Both the position numbers and the translations under genes were made by a program. The notes below the pieces were generated by a model that was given only the letters and a program-made list of their open reading frames with translations, did no database searches and was not told where the DNA came from. DNA of 64,000 nucleotides, from IMG/VR virus record IMGVR_UViG_3300031851_000010; one strand, written 5' to 3'. Source of the DNA: an uncultured virus (IMG/VR IMGVR_UViG_3300031851_000010). Taxonomy: Duplodnaviria > Heunggongvirae > Uroviricota > Caudoviricetes. Below, piece by piece: positions 10,837 through 21,200 of this stretch; position 1 is the stretch's first letter; every line of letters begins with the position of its first letter.

Positions 10837-13083
10837 ATGGGATACATAATAAAAGATACCGCAGCATTAGTTAACAGTAAATTAACTGACGCAGGAAGAA
10901 AAAGAATTTCAGAGGGAACATTCAATGTTTCATATTTTCAAGTAGGTGATAGTGAGGTTTGTTATGACTGTATACCAAATGCCGATTTATCGACTGGACG
11001 AGTATTAGATGCTGAGTATAACGCACAAAACTTATCTCCATTACCTGAAAAAAATAAAGCAAATGTTAAATATCCTTTATTAGTTTCAACTCAATCAACA
11101 AACACTTATGGTATACCAATTCCTGAACCGATAATAGATAATATATATAATACGGCTGCTACGTTAGGTTTTTTTACTGGACAAACTTCATATGACTTTA
11201 GTAATGTTGTAGATAGTAATTTTACTGCATTTACATCGAGCGCTTATACTATTAATCCTAATTATGTTATACCTATGAATACTGTAAATTCAGGAAACAC
11301 AATTAATTTAAACGCCTCAATTATCGACGCTAGTGTAACGGGTAATGTTATATCTAACCATATAATGACAGTTTATTATTCTGATTTTAGTACACAACCA
11401 ATAAGTAATAACTACCCTGTTTTAACTTATAAAGTTATTGATATTACGGGAAACACTTCAGGAAATACGGGAACTGTAACTATTAAACTTGATAGACAAT
11501 TACCTGACTTACAGAGTATGGGTTATGTTGGTGACGCAAGAGTAATATTTTATCCTTCAGGTATGACTGAATTATATGATACGTATACGCCTGAATTTTA
11601 TTGGAATCAAGATGCTATTAATTTTGAAAGTAATTGTGATATCTCTAACTATTTTGTGAAAGTTTGGAACATGAATATTCCGTGGACTGAAAGTCCTGCT
11701 GGATTATTTACTAATGTATATCAAGGGTACGACCAATTTGGTTCTACAGGGTACACAGGCACTAAAGAATATTTAGGGTATAATTCCAATACTGGTCAAA
11801 CCGATACTGATTCGACATATTATTACAATTCATTTTCTGAAAAAATTAACTTATCTCCAAGAGACCAAAAAGCTATATCAATAGTTCACTATACTAATCA
11901 ATCTATTGATAATTTTTATGGTGAGAAATTTGCATTAACAACCACGGATAATCAGTTTCCACTTTCAGGTCAAACGGGACCTGGACGTAGGTTTAGAGTA
12001 AATGTTCCAACACTTATGTGGCACAAGTCCTCAGGTGGTACTATGGGACAAACATTTTATGTTGACCCTGATGGGTTTGAAAAAGAAAATTTATTTAAAC
12101 CTCATTATATTGAATCAAATGTAAATAATGATATGAACAATCCGGGGATAAGGTATTACCATTTATGGGATAATAATCCTAATATAAATGGATTCCCAAA
12201 TAGAGTAGGTAAAGTTTGGCCGGACTTAAAAATGATAACTTTTGATGATGATGAAATTATTGCGTCATTAAGTTATAAATCAAATAGAAATTGGACGTTA
12301 CCCGCACCAAAATTAGGTCTAATTGTACCTAATACGTTTAATGGTACGACTGGTAGTGATACGGGTCTTCTATCGGGTACGACTGAATGTTTATGGTTAA
12401 CTTATAGGTTTAACCACTCCGCATTTACTGAGTCGTTACATTGTAATTACTATACACAAATATGTGGTACAGACCCAGATTGTCCACCTGACACTGCTGA
12501 TGTAACAGTTAGATTTGGAAATGAGTTTCCATTTTTATTCAGTGATGGTTCACAATCAGGATTTTCAGCTAATGATATAGTCTTACTGGCCCAAAAAGTG
12601 ACGGCAGGGGAGAAACCCGACCCAACTGAGTGGTATGAGGTAGATGTCACTAGTCAAATAAGTGGAACATCGGTTAATGGTAATATAACAGTATCAGGTT
12701 TAACAGGTAGTACTTTAATTTTAAATAAGACTATGTACGATGATGCTGTATCTAACGGAGATGTGTATGATTTATCAAATTATATTGAGTTACCTAAAAA
12801 TAATGACCCAGAACCTACTTTAACATTTGGAGATGAATATTATTTTTATGGTAATATTGCTTCAGACATTCAAGCTACGATTTATGTTATGAATTATAAA
12901 TGTAATTTAGGTCCCACTCAATTTTTAACTTCTCAAAACCCAACATGGTCAACTGCAGATTCGGCTTACATAACTGAAGTTGGTCTTTACGATTTGAATA
13001 AAGAACTTATGATTATATCTAAGATACAGTCTCCTGAAAAGAGACAAGGTATACAACAGTATACTATAAAATTAGATTTTTAA
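10837..13083 (+). CDS. Putative tail/baseplate structural protein
   Basis: N-terminal LTDAGRKRI and C-terminal ITEVGLYD...IISK motifs resemble tail-fibre/baseplate attachment modules; follows fibre genes. Confidence 0.5.
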   Translation: MGYIIKDTAALVNSKLTDAGRKRISEGTFNVSYFQVGDSEVCYDCIPNADLSTGRVLDAEYNAQNLSPLPEKNKANVKYPLLVSTQSTNTYGIPIPEPIIDNIYNTAATLGFFTGQTSYDFSNVVDSNFTAFTSSAYTINPNYVIPMNTVNSGNTINLNASIIDASVTGNVISNHIMTVYYSDFSTQPISNNYPVLTYKVIDITGNTSGNTGTVTIKLDRQLPDLQSMGYVGDARVIFYPSGMTELYDTYTPEFYWNQDAINFESNCDISNYFVKVWNMNIPWTESPAGLFTNVYQGYDQFGSTGYTGTKEYLGYNSNTGQTDTDSTYYYNSFSEKINLSPRDQKAISIVHYTNQSIDNFYGEKFALTTTDNQFPLSGQTGPGRRFRVNVPTLMWHKSSGGTMGQTFYVDPDGFEKENLFKPHYIESNVNNDMNNPGIRYYHLWDNNPNINGFPNRVGKVWPDLKMITFDDDEIIASLSYKSNRNWTLPAPKLGLIVPNTFNGTTGSDTGLLSGTTECLWLTYRFNHSAFTESLHCNYYTQICGTDPDCPPDTADVTVRFGNEFPFLFSDGSQSGFSANDIVLLAQKVTAGEKPDPTEWYEVDVTSQISGTSVNGNITVSGLTGSTLILNKTMYDDAVSNGDVYDLSNYIELPKNNDPEPTLTFGDEYYFYGNIASDIQATIYVMNYKCNLGPTQFLTSQNPTWSTADSAYITEVGLYDLNKELMIISKIQSPEKRQGIQQYTIKLDF

Positions 13084-13092
13084 TATAATCAC

Positions 13093-13695
13093 ATGTCAAA
13101 ACAAGAATTAAATAATACCCCTAAAGTCTTAGGGTTGGATATATCTACAAAAACTATTGGATGGGCACTATTTGATGAGGGTAGTCAAAAATTGTTAGAA
13201 TTAACACACTTTTCACCAGTCATAAAACCTAAACCTGAAGAAAAGATTGAAGAACTATTACTTAAGGTAGATGGTTTTAAAGAGAAAATAGAAGGATACA
13301 AAGATTTAAATATTGTTAAGGTGGTTATCGAAGAGCCACTTCTTAATTCTAATAATATATGGACCGTGGGAACACTATTAAGATATAATTCTATGATTTC
13401 AAGGGTAATCTACGAAGTTTTAGGTTTAGTACCTCGTTACATATCAACATATAATTCACGTAAGTTTGCATGGCCAGAATTAGTTAATGATAATGGAAAA
13501 GGTAAAAGAGTTTTATTTGGAGGTCTTCCCAAAACAATTGATAAGAAAGAAATTGTTTGGAAAAAAGTTGCGGAATCTGAACCGCAAATAGTGTGGTTAT
13601 ATACACGTAACAATACTTTAAAGAAAGAATGTTTTGACCAAGCAGATGCGTACACATGTGTCCAAGGTTATATGAAACAACAAGGTCTTTGGTAG
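13093..13695 (+). CDS. ruvC: RuvC-like Holliday junction resolvase
   Basis: VLGLDISTKTIGWA, VVIEEP and DQADAY acidic catalytic motifs. Confidence 0.7.
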   Translation: MSKQELNNTPKVLGLDISTKTIGWALFDEGSQKLLELTHFSPVIKPKPEEKIEELLLKVDGFKEKIEGYKDLNIVKVVIEEPLLNSNNIWTVGTLLRYNSMISRVIYEVLGLVPRYISTYNSRKFAWPELVNDNGKGKRVLFGGLPKTIDKKEIVWKKVAESEPQIVWLYTRNNTLKKECFDQADAYTCVQGYMKQQGLW

Positions 13696-13733
13696 TTGAT
13701 TTTGTAAATACTTTATTTTATATTTAGTCCTAT

Positions 13734-14663
13734 ATGGACAATCAAGATGAATTATTGGTAGTTGACTTATTAGTTAACATTTTTGGTGAGTCTCATTTAC
13801 ATAATGAAATGAGGGCTCAGATATCTTTTGACTGCCCTGTTTGTTCACACGACATTAAAGGTTCAGATAAAGGAGACGGTAAAGGTAATTTAGAAATAAA
13901 TTATGGTCAACACGTTTATAAATGTTGGGCCTGTTCTGAGACACATGGGACTCACGGTCATTTAGGTCGATTGATTGATAAATACGGTTCAAAGAAGGAT
14001 AAACAATTTTATACTTTAGTCAGGCCTGATGAGTTTATTAGGGACCAAAGAAAATATAAAACACTTAGATTACCTAAAGAATATCAAAAATTTAGTGATG
14101 TTAATCCTATATTTCCACCAAGAGCGCAAGCTTATAACTATTTAAAAAGAAGGGGTATAACTGATGAAATCATTAAAAAATACGATATTGGGTTTGCTAA
14201 CAGTGGTGATTATGCGGGACGTATAATAGTACCATCATTTAATGATGAAGGTTTATTAAATTACTTTGTTGCTCGTAGTTGGAATAAGTATTCTAAACTA
14301 AAGTATAAGAATCCTGAAGCACCCAAAGAGCTATTAATATTTAATGAAAGTAGAATAAATTGGGATGAAGATATATGGATAGTAGAAGGAGTATTTGATA
14401 GTTTTTTTGTTCCTAATTCTATACCACTACTTGGTAAATTTCTATCTGAAAAACTTTGGGAAACACTATACGATAAATCTAAAGGTAGAATTAAGATTTG
14501 TTTAGATGCGGACGCTTGGGAAGATGCTAAAGGACTTTACTATAAATTAAGTGGTGGAAAACTATATGGTAAAATAGATATAATAAAACTACCTGATAAT
14601 AAAGATTTAGGTGACTTACGGGGAGTTATTCCTGAAGGGAGTTATGTAAAATTAGAAAAATAA
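13734..14663 (+). CDS. dnaG: DnaG-like DNA primase (Zn finger + TOPRIM)
   Basis: CPVC...CWAC zinc site, YLKRRGI, IVEGVFD, LDAD, KDLGD. Confidence 0.8.
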   Translation: MDNQDELLVVDLLVNIFGESHLHNEMRAQISFDCPVCSHDIKGSDKGDGKGNLEINYGQHVYKCWACSETHGTHGHLGRLIDKYGSKKDKQFYTLVRPDEFIRDQRKYKTLRLPKEYQKFSDVNPIFPPRAQAYNYLKRRGITDEIIKKYDIGFANSGDYAGRIIVPSFNDEGLLNYFVARSWNKYSKLKYKNPEAPKELLIFNESRINWDEDIWIVEGVFDSFFVPNSIPLLGKFLSEKLWETLYDKSKGRIKICLDADAWEDAKGLYYKLSGGKLYGKIDIIKLPDNKDLGDLRGVIPEGSYVKLEK

Positions 14664-15520
14664 TGGAAAACTTAAAAACAATATCTCAAGAGATAAGAGA
14701 TATAATAGATAAAAAACAAAAAGAATTAGAATTATCATTTACTGAAGCCGAACATATATATTTTATGAAGGATAGGGATGGTATAGTAAGAAATAACTTT
14801 CCTTCAGTCTCTAAAATATTAAAACATTTCTATGAACCTTTTCCAGCTGAAGACATTGCTTATAAAAAGGCTAAGGGGGATAGAGTGGAGATGGAACGAT
14901 TATTAGATGAGTGGTCAGCCGCGGGTTCATATGCAACAAATATGGGGTCTCGAGCTCACTTCATACTAGAGAAGAAAACAATTGAACTATATGGTGATTA
15001 TAAAGAGGTACGTAAACCTATATTTGAATGTGATATTGAACAAGAACTAAGAAGTAACTCAATGATAAGTGCGGGTGAAAAATTCTTAAAATTAATGGAC
15101 GAAAGAGGGGCATACCTTTTAGATACTGAGATGGTTTTAGGTCACCCTGAATTAGGGTATACGGGTCAACCTGATAAAGTTTGGTTAATAATGAATAAGG
15201 AGAAAAACGGTTTTGGGTTAGTAATCACAGATTGGAAAACTAACAAAGAAAAGAATTTTAAAAAAACTCATTGGACAAAACCAATGAAATCACCATTTCA
15301 AGATTTACCTGACAACGCTTTAGGTCACTATCAACTACAATTACCATTCTACGGAAGGTTAATTTTAAAAATGTTGGAAGGAACAAAATATGAAAACATT
15401 TCACTTTTAGGGTGTGTTATCGTATTATTAAAAGGTGATAGTGAATTTGAAGAATTTAAAATACCTTCAAAAACAATAAATAAAGTTATGAATTTAAAAT
15501 TATCTGATTATGGTATATAA
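14663..15520 (+). CDS. PD-(D/E)XK exonuclease (RecB/Cas4-like fold)
   Basis: PSVSKIL, GSRAH, GQPD, DWKT and QLPFY motifs. Confidence 0.75.
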   Translation: MENLKTISQEIRDIIDKKQKELELSFTEAEHIYFMKDRDGIVRNNFPSVSKILKHFYEPFPAEDIAYKKAKGDRVEMERLLDEWSAAGSYATNMGSRAHFILEKKTIELYGDYKEVRKPIFECDIEQELRSNSMISAGEKFLKLMDERGAYLLDTEMVLGHPELGYTGQPDKVWLIMNKEKNGFGLVITDWKTNKEKNFKKTHWTKPMKSPFQDLPDNALGHYQLQLPFYGRLILKMLEGTKYENISLLGCVIVLLKGDSEFEEFKIPSKTINKVMNLKLSDYGI

Positions 15521-16121
15521 AGACCTATATCCTGACATGTTCGATGACAGTGACTTTGACTTATGGAAAAGTAGAAACATAAGAAAAGAATTTTTATCAT
15601 ATGAGTGGAATATGATGGTTCAGGAAGTCGCTCCTGATGTGTTTGAGTTTCCATTTTTTAATACGAAATTCTGTGATAATTTAGTGGATATTTTAAAAAC
15701 GATTAATTGGGACCAAGTAAATCGATGGGGTACGCCTGTTTTTTCAACAAACCTTAAAAAGTTTAATTTAGAAAAAATAATGACTCATTTAGTTCACGAT
15801 TACATTTTTAGTATAGTACAAAAAGAGTGGCATTTAGAGGGTAAAAAATGGAAACTATTACAACCCGATAATAATGTCTTGAAGTTACAAGAGGGTCAGG
15901 AAATTAGAATGCACCATGATGATGTACACATTTCAATGTACTGTAAATTAGATGATGAAAGTAAAGGTGGTGATTTAGTTTTTGAGAAATATGGAAAAAC
16001 TATAGTACCAAAACAGGGTTATATTTATATGTATCCTGGACAAATAACGCATAGATACGGTATGAAAAGAGTTGATAAAAATGATAGGTATTTTTTAATG
16101 ACATATTGTACAAGTGATTAG
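15510..16121 (+). CDS. 2OG-Fe(II) dioxygenase, PLOD lysyl-hydroxylase-like (diverged paralogue)
   Basis: APDVFEFPFF..KFCDNLV, HHD, GG, YPGQITH, RY; metal and 2OG ligands intact. Confidence 0.75.
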   Translation: MVYKDLYPDMFDDSDFDLWKSRNIRKEFLSYEWNMMVQEVAPDVFEFPFFNTKFCDNLVDILKTINWDQVNRWGTPVFSTNLKKFNLEKIMTHLVHDYIFSIVQKEWHLEGKKWKLLQPDNNVLKLQEGQEIRMHHDDVHISMYCKLDDESKGGDLVFEKYGKTIVPKQGYIYMYPGQITHRYGMKRVDKNDRYFLMTYCTSD

Positions 16122-16275
16122 AATATCTAATAATTTTTTAATGGTTCTTGGAATCATATTTTTTCTAATTGGTAGAGAAACGGGTGGGCAACTCCCATCA
16201 TTTATGTTTGGGTTATGTTTTGGTATGATATATCTAAATTATAAAAGAGATAAAAAAGAAAATAATGGAAGTTAA
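16114..16275 (+). CDS. Small putative membrane protein (53 aa, not in ORF track)
   Basis: GTG-start ORF MIRISNNFLMVLGIIFFLIGRETGGQLPSFMFGLCFGMIYLNYKR... fills the gap between the two oxygenases. Confidence 0.4.
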   Translation: MIRISNNFLMVLGIIFFLIGRETGGQLPSFMFGLCFGMIYLNYKRDKKENNGS

Positions 16276-16900
16276 ACATAGTAATTATATTCATCCTGAG
16301 TTGTATACATATGATGATAATCCAGCGGAGTGGGAACGTAGATTCTTAAAACCAGAACTAATGTCTGATAATTGGGAGTTATATGTTCATGAAGAATTAT
16401 TAAATATATATACTATTCCTGCATTTACGGATGAGTTTTGTGATTTTATTATGGAAGAGGCTGAGGCTTGTAATTGCTGGACTGTTGATAGACACGAAAG
16501 TTATCCAACAACCGATATGGTTTTAGGTACTATTGGTTTAGGTGATACATATCAAAAGGTATTAAAAAAATATATATGGCCATTAAGTTATAAGTTATTT
16601 AAATTAGAGGGTAATTCATGGTTAAATATGAGTAGTGAAAATTTCATAGCAAGATATCACCCATATGCTCAGTATCATTTATCACTACATCATGATGCGA
16701 GTCAGATAACAACCGTAGTGACATTAAACGAAGATTTTGAAGGTGGGGGAACGTACTTCCCAAATCAAAATTCTAAATTAAAAGGAAAGAAAGGTGACAT
16801 ATCAATTCATCCTGGTCAAATAACTCATTGGCATGGGGGATTACCTGTGGAAACAGGACAAAGGTATATTATCGTTTCATTTTGTTCAGTAAAAAGATAA
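16265..16900 (+). CDS. Stand-alone procollagen lysyl hydroxylase (PLOD LH-domain) homologue
   Basis: YPTTDM, FIARYHP, LHHDASQIT, DFEGGG, HPGQITHWHGGLPVETGQRYIIVSF track the PLOD C-terminal domain (VPTIDI, FVVRYKP, PHHDASTFT, YEGGG, HPGRLTHYHEGLP..GTRYI.VSF). Confidence 0.85.
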   Translation: MEVKHSNYIHPELYTYDDNPAEWERRFLKPELMSDNWELYVHEELLNIYTIPAFTDEFCDFIMEEAEACNCWTVDRHESYPTTDMVLGTIGLGDTYQKVLKKYIWPLSYKLFKLEGNSWLNMSSENFIARYHPYAQYHLSLHHDASQITTVVTLNEDFEGGGTYFPNQNSKLKGKKGDISIHPGQITHWHGGLPVETGQRYIIVSFCSVKR

Positions 16901-16903
16901 GAT

Positions 16904-17131
16904 ATGGATATAGGAAATAATAACCAAATGAGAGTAAATCCATTAGATTTACCTAATGTAGAATGTGAAAAATGTGAAAATATTTTTTATGATAAAGTTA
17001 CTATCATTAAAAAAGTTAGTAAATTACTAACGGGTTCAGCAACTGATGAATTAGTTCCGATGGAAACTTATGTTTGCACTGAATGTGCACATATAAATAA
17101 AGAATTTAATATATTAGGAAATGAAAAGTAG
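16904..17131 (+). CDS. Small zinc-ribbon protein
   Basis: CEKC...CTEC. Confidence 0.65.
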   Translation: MDIGNNNQMRVNPLDLPNVECEKCENIFYDKVTIIKKVSKLLTGSATDELVPMETYVCTECAHINKEFNILGNEK

Positions 17132-17354
17132 AGATTTTGTAATATGGATTGATGGATTCATACAGGGTAAAGTTAATTTAAGTGTTGATGATATTAGACA
17201 TATTAAAAATAAAGTTGAGGAAGTTGATTTAACTGAAAATACTGAGGTAATTATACGAAGGGAGGGTCCACCGACTCAACCAATAATCATACGGGAACCT
17301 AATCAAGATGATGATATGGATTTTCCCGGTAAACCACCTAATGTGTATATGTGA
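17121..17354 (+). CDS. Hypothetical protein
   Basis: 77 aa ORF in operon-like packing. Confidence 0.6.
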   Translation: MKSRDFVIWIDGFIQGKVNLSVDDIRHIKNKVEEVDLTENTEVIIRREGPPTQPIIIREPNQDDDMDFPGKPPNVYM

Positions 17355-17422
17355 TATGACAGATGAAAACGAATTTTATTTTTGGGATGAAATGTGGAAT
17401 GAAGAAAAAAATAATAAAAAAA

Positions 17423-17761
17423 ATGAGAAAAAAACTACAAAAAATAGCTTGGAAGACAAATCGATGGACAACAAAGATTAGTTTGCTTAATCTCTACTTA
17501 GGTGGTGATAATCATAAATTTGGGTTTCAAATACTTAATATTGATAAAGGGTTTGTATGGTCAGGGTCATTGTTTGAAGTTACATGGTATTTTCCAACAG
17601 TAACACATTCAGGTGAATTAACAGTTGATATTTTATTTTTATTCGAAAAGTGGGATAATTGGTGTATCGATATGACCGACAGAGTTATGTGGGGTTCAGG
17701 ACTTAGTCGATGGGAAAAAATAAATAGATTCATACATTCCAAATTTAAAAGTATAAGATGA
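17423..17761 (+). CDS. Hypothetical protein
   Basis: ORF 17363-17761; ATG 17423 after an A-rich leader is the likelier start; ATGA overlap with cysK. Confidence 0.5.
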   Translation: MRKKLQKIAWKTNRWTTKISLLNLYLGGDNHKFGFQILNIDKGFVWSGSLFEVTWYFPTVTHSGELTVDILFLFEKWDNWCIDMTDRVMWGSGLSRWEKINRFIHSKFKSIR

Positions 17762-18633
17762 AATTATCAGACAATGTAGGTGTTACGCCATTACTTAAGA
17801 TTAGTGATAAAATATATGCTAAGGTTGAGTTATTAAATCCAACGGGTTCTATCAAAGATAGACCTGCATCACACATTATTAATACAGCAGAAAAAAATGG
17901 AACCCTATTACCTGGTGGGACTATATGTGAAGCCACTTCTGGAAATATGGGTGTTAGCTTTGCTTGGTTAGCTGCGGAACGAGGGTATAAGTGTGTTATC
18001 ATTATGCCTAACAACATGTCAATGGAACGTAAGAAAACCCTAAAACTTTATGGTGCAGAACTTATTGAGGTGGATGCTGGTGCGTTTGATGACGCTATTG
18101 CACTTAGAGATGAAATGTGTGAAGTGAATGGTTGGTTTAATTGTGACCAATTTAATAACCCTTTAAATGTTGAATCACATAAAGAGGGAACTGCGGTTGA
18201 AATATTACATCAGTGTAGAAATATTTGTATAGAACCTAGTGCAATAATCAGTGGTACAGGTACAGGTGGTACACTAATGGGTGTCGGTCCAATGTTAAAA
18301 ATGTATTATCTTAATATGGATATAGTTGCTGTGGAACCTGAAGAGTCTCCTGTGATGAGTGGTGGTGAACCAGGTTTACACGGTATACAAGGGATAGGAG
18401 ATGGTTCAAAATTTTTAGTTGATTTGACTGTTGTTGATAAAATCATTACTATTAGTACTGAGGACGCAAAATTAAGGGCACGTAAGTTAGCTAAAGAACA
18501 CGGTATGTTTGTAGGTATTTCAGCGGGTTCCAATATATTAGCCGCAGAAAGATATGTTGAAAAATATAATCCTGATGGTCCTGTAATAACCTTCCTTTGT
18601 GATAGGGGAGATAGATATTTTAGTTGTTTATGA
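17758..18633 (+). CDS. cysK: Cysteine synthase (O-acetylserine sulfhydrylase)
   Basis: NPTGSIKDR PLP lysine, ATSGNMG, GTGTGGT, HGIQGIG, DRGDRY. Confidence 0.92.
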   Translation: MKLSDNVGVTPLLKISDKIYAKVELLNPTGSIKDRPASHIINTAEKNGTLLPGGTICEATSGNMGVSFAWLAAERGYKCVIIMPNNMSMERKKTLKLYGAELIEVDAGAFDDAIALRDEMCEVNGWFNCDQFNNPLNVESHKEGTAVEILHQCRNICIEPSAIISGTGTGGTLMGVGPMLKMYYLNMDIVAVEPEESPVMSGGEPGLHGIQGIGDGSKFLVDLTVVDKIITISTEDAKLRARKLAKEHGMFVGISAGSNILAAERYVEKYNPDGPVITFLCDRGDRYFSCL

Positions 18634-19412
18634 TAAAAAATATAGTACATTTTTCAGACCTACATTTGAGGTTATTTAAAGACCACGATTTATATAAGCG
18701 TATTATAACTGATATGTTAAATAAATTTAAAGATATAAAGCCTGACCGAATTGTTTTTACGGGTGATTTGGTTCATAGTAAAAATCAAATGACACCTGAA
18801 CTTATTGAAGTTGTAGCTTGGATACTTACAGAATGTAGTAAAATATCTAAAACAGTACTTATTCCTGGTAATCATGACTTTTTAAATAATAATCTTAATA
18901 GATTAGACGCATTAACACCTATTATAGATTCACTTAAAAACCCTGAAATTGTGTACTATAGAGACCGAGGGATTTATGAGGACGATAATATAAGTTGGTG
19001 TGTATATTCTCAATTTCAAGGTAATATACCACCTGAAATATCGAATGCTAAAGGATATAAAGTGGGATTGTTTCATGACCCAATACAGGGATTAGTTACT
19101 GATACTGGTTACGGTTTTGGGGACCATGCTTACGATATAAAAAAATTTAAAGGTTTAGATGTGTTATTATGTGGAGATATTCATAAAAGACAAGTAATTG
19201 ATATACCTAATAATAAAAAAGCATATATGGTCGGTTCGACTATTCAACAGAACTTTGGAGAGAGTATAACTAAACATGGGTTTGGTATTTATAGTGTAGA
19301 TGAAGATACTTATGAGTTTGTTGATTTAACTAATCCTCGACCATTTTTATCTTTTAAAATAACAAATATTGAAGATTTAGAGAAAGGACATGAGCAACTC
19401 ACCAATTATTAG
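18630..19412 (+). CDS. sbcD: SbcD/Mre11/gp47-like metallophosphoesterase nuclease
   Basis: SDLH, TGD, GNHD and GDIHK motifs; SbcC partner downstream. Confidence 0.8.
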   Translation: MIKNIVHFSDLHLRLFKDHDLYKRIITDMLNKFKDIKPDRIVFTGDLVHSKNQMTPELIEVVAWILTECSKISKTVLIPGNHDFLNNNLNRLDALTPIIDSLKNPEIVYYRDRGIYEDDNISWCVYSQFQGNIPPEISNAKGYKVGLFHDPIQGLVTDTGYGFGDHAYDIKKFKGLDVLLCGDIHKRQVIDIPNNKKAYMVGSTIQQNFGESITKHGFGIYSVDEDTYEFVDLTNPRPFLSFKITNIEDLEKGHEQLTNY

Positions 19413-20223
19413 TCTTACCACAAAAGAGATAAAGGATATTAAAAGTTTCTGTAAACTAAACGAATTAGATTTTGAGAAGTTTATTAAGATATGTTTTAGT
19501 AAAGGATATCAGATTGAAAAATATGGTTTACTAACAACTGATGATGGTGAACAAATTGTATTTGAAGAGAAAATAATTGAAAAAGAGGTTATAAAGGAAG
19601 TACCTATCGAGGTTGAAAAAATTATTGAAAAAGTAGTAATTAAAGAAATACCTGTAGAAAAAATAGTTGAAAAACAAATAACTGTAGAAGTTATAAAAGA
19701 AGTACCTTTTGAAGTTATTAAAGAGGTAGAAAAGGAAGTAATTGTTGAGGTTGAGAAAATTGTAGAAGTTGAAAAACCTAAAGAAGTAATAGTTGAAAAA
19801 GAGGTATACATTACCGATGATGAACAAGTTAAAGAACTTGGTAGTAAAATTACTAAGTTGGAGGGGGTGAATAAAGAGTTATCTCAAGAGATTTCTAAGA
19901 AAGATGAAAGTTTAGATGAACTTAGACAAACTTTAGATATTGAATTAAACAAACCACCTACAGAAGTTGAGAAGGTTATTGAAGTTATTAAAGAGGTAAT
20001 AGTTGAAAAACCTATTGAAGTCATCAAAGAGGTTAAAGTAGTTAATAAAGATAAATTGTTATTACTACAGGAAACCATATCAAAGATGAAAGATGAGATA
20101 AGAAAAAAAGATGAAAAGATTTTACAAATTGAGAATAATGTTGTAGAATTAGAAAAAATAAAAGGACCAATAAAGGGTAAATTTATGGGTTCTACAAATT
20201 TAAACGATAATATATATAAGTAA
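19390..20223 (+). CDS. Val/Glu/Lys/Ile repeat protein (EVIKEVPVEK), coiled-coil C-terminus
   Basis: Repeats visible in translation. Confidence 0.7.
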   Translation: MSNSPIISLTTKEIKDIKSFCKLNELDFEKFIKICFSKGYQIEKYGLLTTDDGEQIVFEEKIIEKEVIKEVPIEVEKIIEKVVIKEIPVEKIVEKQITVEVIKEVPFEVIKEVEKEVIVEVEKIVEVEKPKEVIVEKEVYITDDEQVKELGSKITKLEGVNKELSQEISKKDESLDELRQTLDIELNKPPTEVEKVIEVIKEVIVEKPIEVIKEVKVVNKDKLLLLQETISKMKDEIRKKDEKILQIENNVVELEKIKGPIKGKFMGSTNLNDNIYK

Positions 20224-20564
20224 TGGAATTAGTAATTTGGTTAATAGCAGCGTACGGAATGAGTCAGATATTAGTGTATGGTTCAATTTTTAAAGGATTA
20301 AGAGACGGTTTACATAGATGGGCGGAAAATAGACTATCAATATTTAACTTCATGGGAGTATTTCTATCAGGATTAATATCTTGTATGATGTGTACCTCAA
20401 CATGGGTTGGGTTTTTAATGAGTTTTATTTGGTCACCATTTGTTGAGGTTTTAGGAGTTAATATGGCGTTTGGGGTATTTTTTGATGGTATGTTAGCTTC
20501 AGGTGGTGTTTGGATGATTAACACGATTGTGGAATGGTTCGAGGAAACAAAAGGTAATGGATAA
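20223..20564 (+). CDS. Membrane protein, DUF1360-like
   Basis: Hydrophobic helices and CMMCTSTW motif. Confidence 0.55.
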   Translation: MELVIWLIAAYGMSQILVYGSIFKGLRDGLHRWAENRLSIFNFMGVFLSGLISCMMCTSTWVGFLMSFIWSPFVEVLGVNMAFGVFFDGMLASGGVWMINTIVEWFEETKGNG

Positions 20565-20778
20565 TGAAATAAAAGAAGTTAGGTATTATTTAGTACCTGG
20601 TGATTGGAGAATGGTTTATAAAGTCATCGCTTTATTAGTAAGTTGGTACTTTAATAAATCATTACTTTGGTTAGTTATTCATTATTTATTTGGTTGGATG
20701 TACTTAGTATACGTACTCTTAATGGGTGGATTTTCTAATGGAAATGTAGATAATATGATTAATTACTATTTCAATTAA
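20557..20778 (+). CDS. Small hypothetical membrane protein
   Basis: Hydrophobic; ATG 20557 preferred. Confidence 0.55.
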   Translation: MDNEIKEVRYYLVPGDWRMVYKVIALLVSWYFNKSLLWLVIHYLFGWMYLVYVLLMGGFSNGNVDNMINYYFN

Positions 20779-21200
20779 AACCACTTATTTTTCTTAAAAT
20801 AATAGAACATCCCAACAATAGTTAATATTGTTAAACCTAAAAATACCCAAAATCCGTGGTCACCAGTTAGTAAAGGTACATCATCAAAATTCATTCCCCA
20901 CATACCGGTGTAGAAAGATAACGGTAAGAAAATAGTAGACCATATCGTAAGTAAGTTTAACTTACGGTTCATTTTTTCAGTTTGGTCTTTATCGAAAGCG
21001 GTATCAAGATTATCCATTAGGGATAATAGGGTGTCAATCTTAGTATCATTAGGGTTATCTAATTTATAAAGTAACATTTCTTTTTTAAGTTGATAAAGGT
21101 CCATCTCATCAAAGTTAGGGTGGTTACTTTCTAACCCTTTTTCTAATTCAATAACTTTTTTGTTAAATGATTCTATTTTTTCCATATGTCCATAATCCAT
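20775..21200 (-). CDS. Truncated CorA-family Mg2+ transporter (C-terminal stalk + 2 TM)
   Basis: LTIWSTIFLPLSFYTGMWGMNF signature; only about 140 aa; start may be 21185. Confidence 0.75.
   Translation of the reverse strand: MDYGHMEKIESFNKKVIELEKGLESNHPNFDEMDLYQLKKEMLLYKLDNPNDTKIDTLLSLMDNLDTAFDKDQTEKMNRKLNLLTIWSTIFLPLSFYTGMWGMNFDDVPLLTGDHGFWVFLGLTILTIVGMFYYFKKNKWF

Noticed and set aside
14663..15520. Cas4 as part of a CRISPR system
   Set aside because: Lacks the Fe-S cysteine set and sits beside primase; ordinary phage exonuclease
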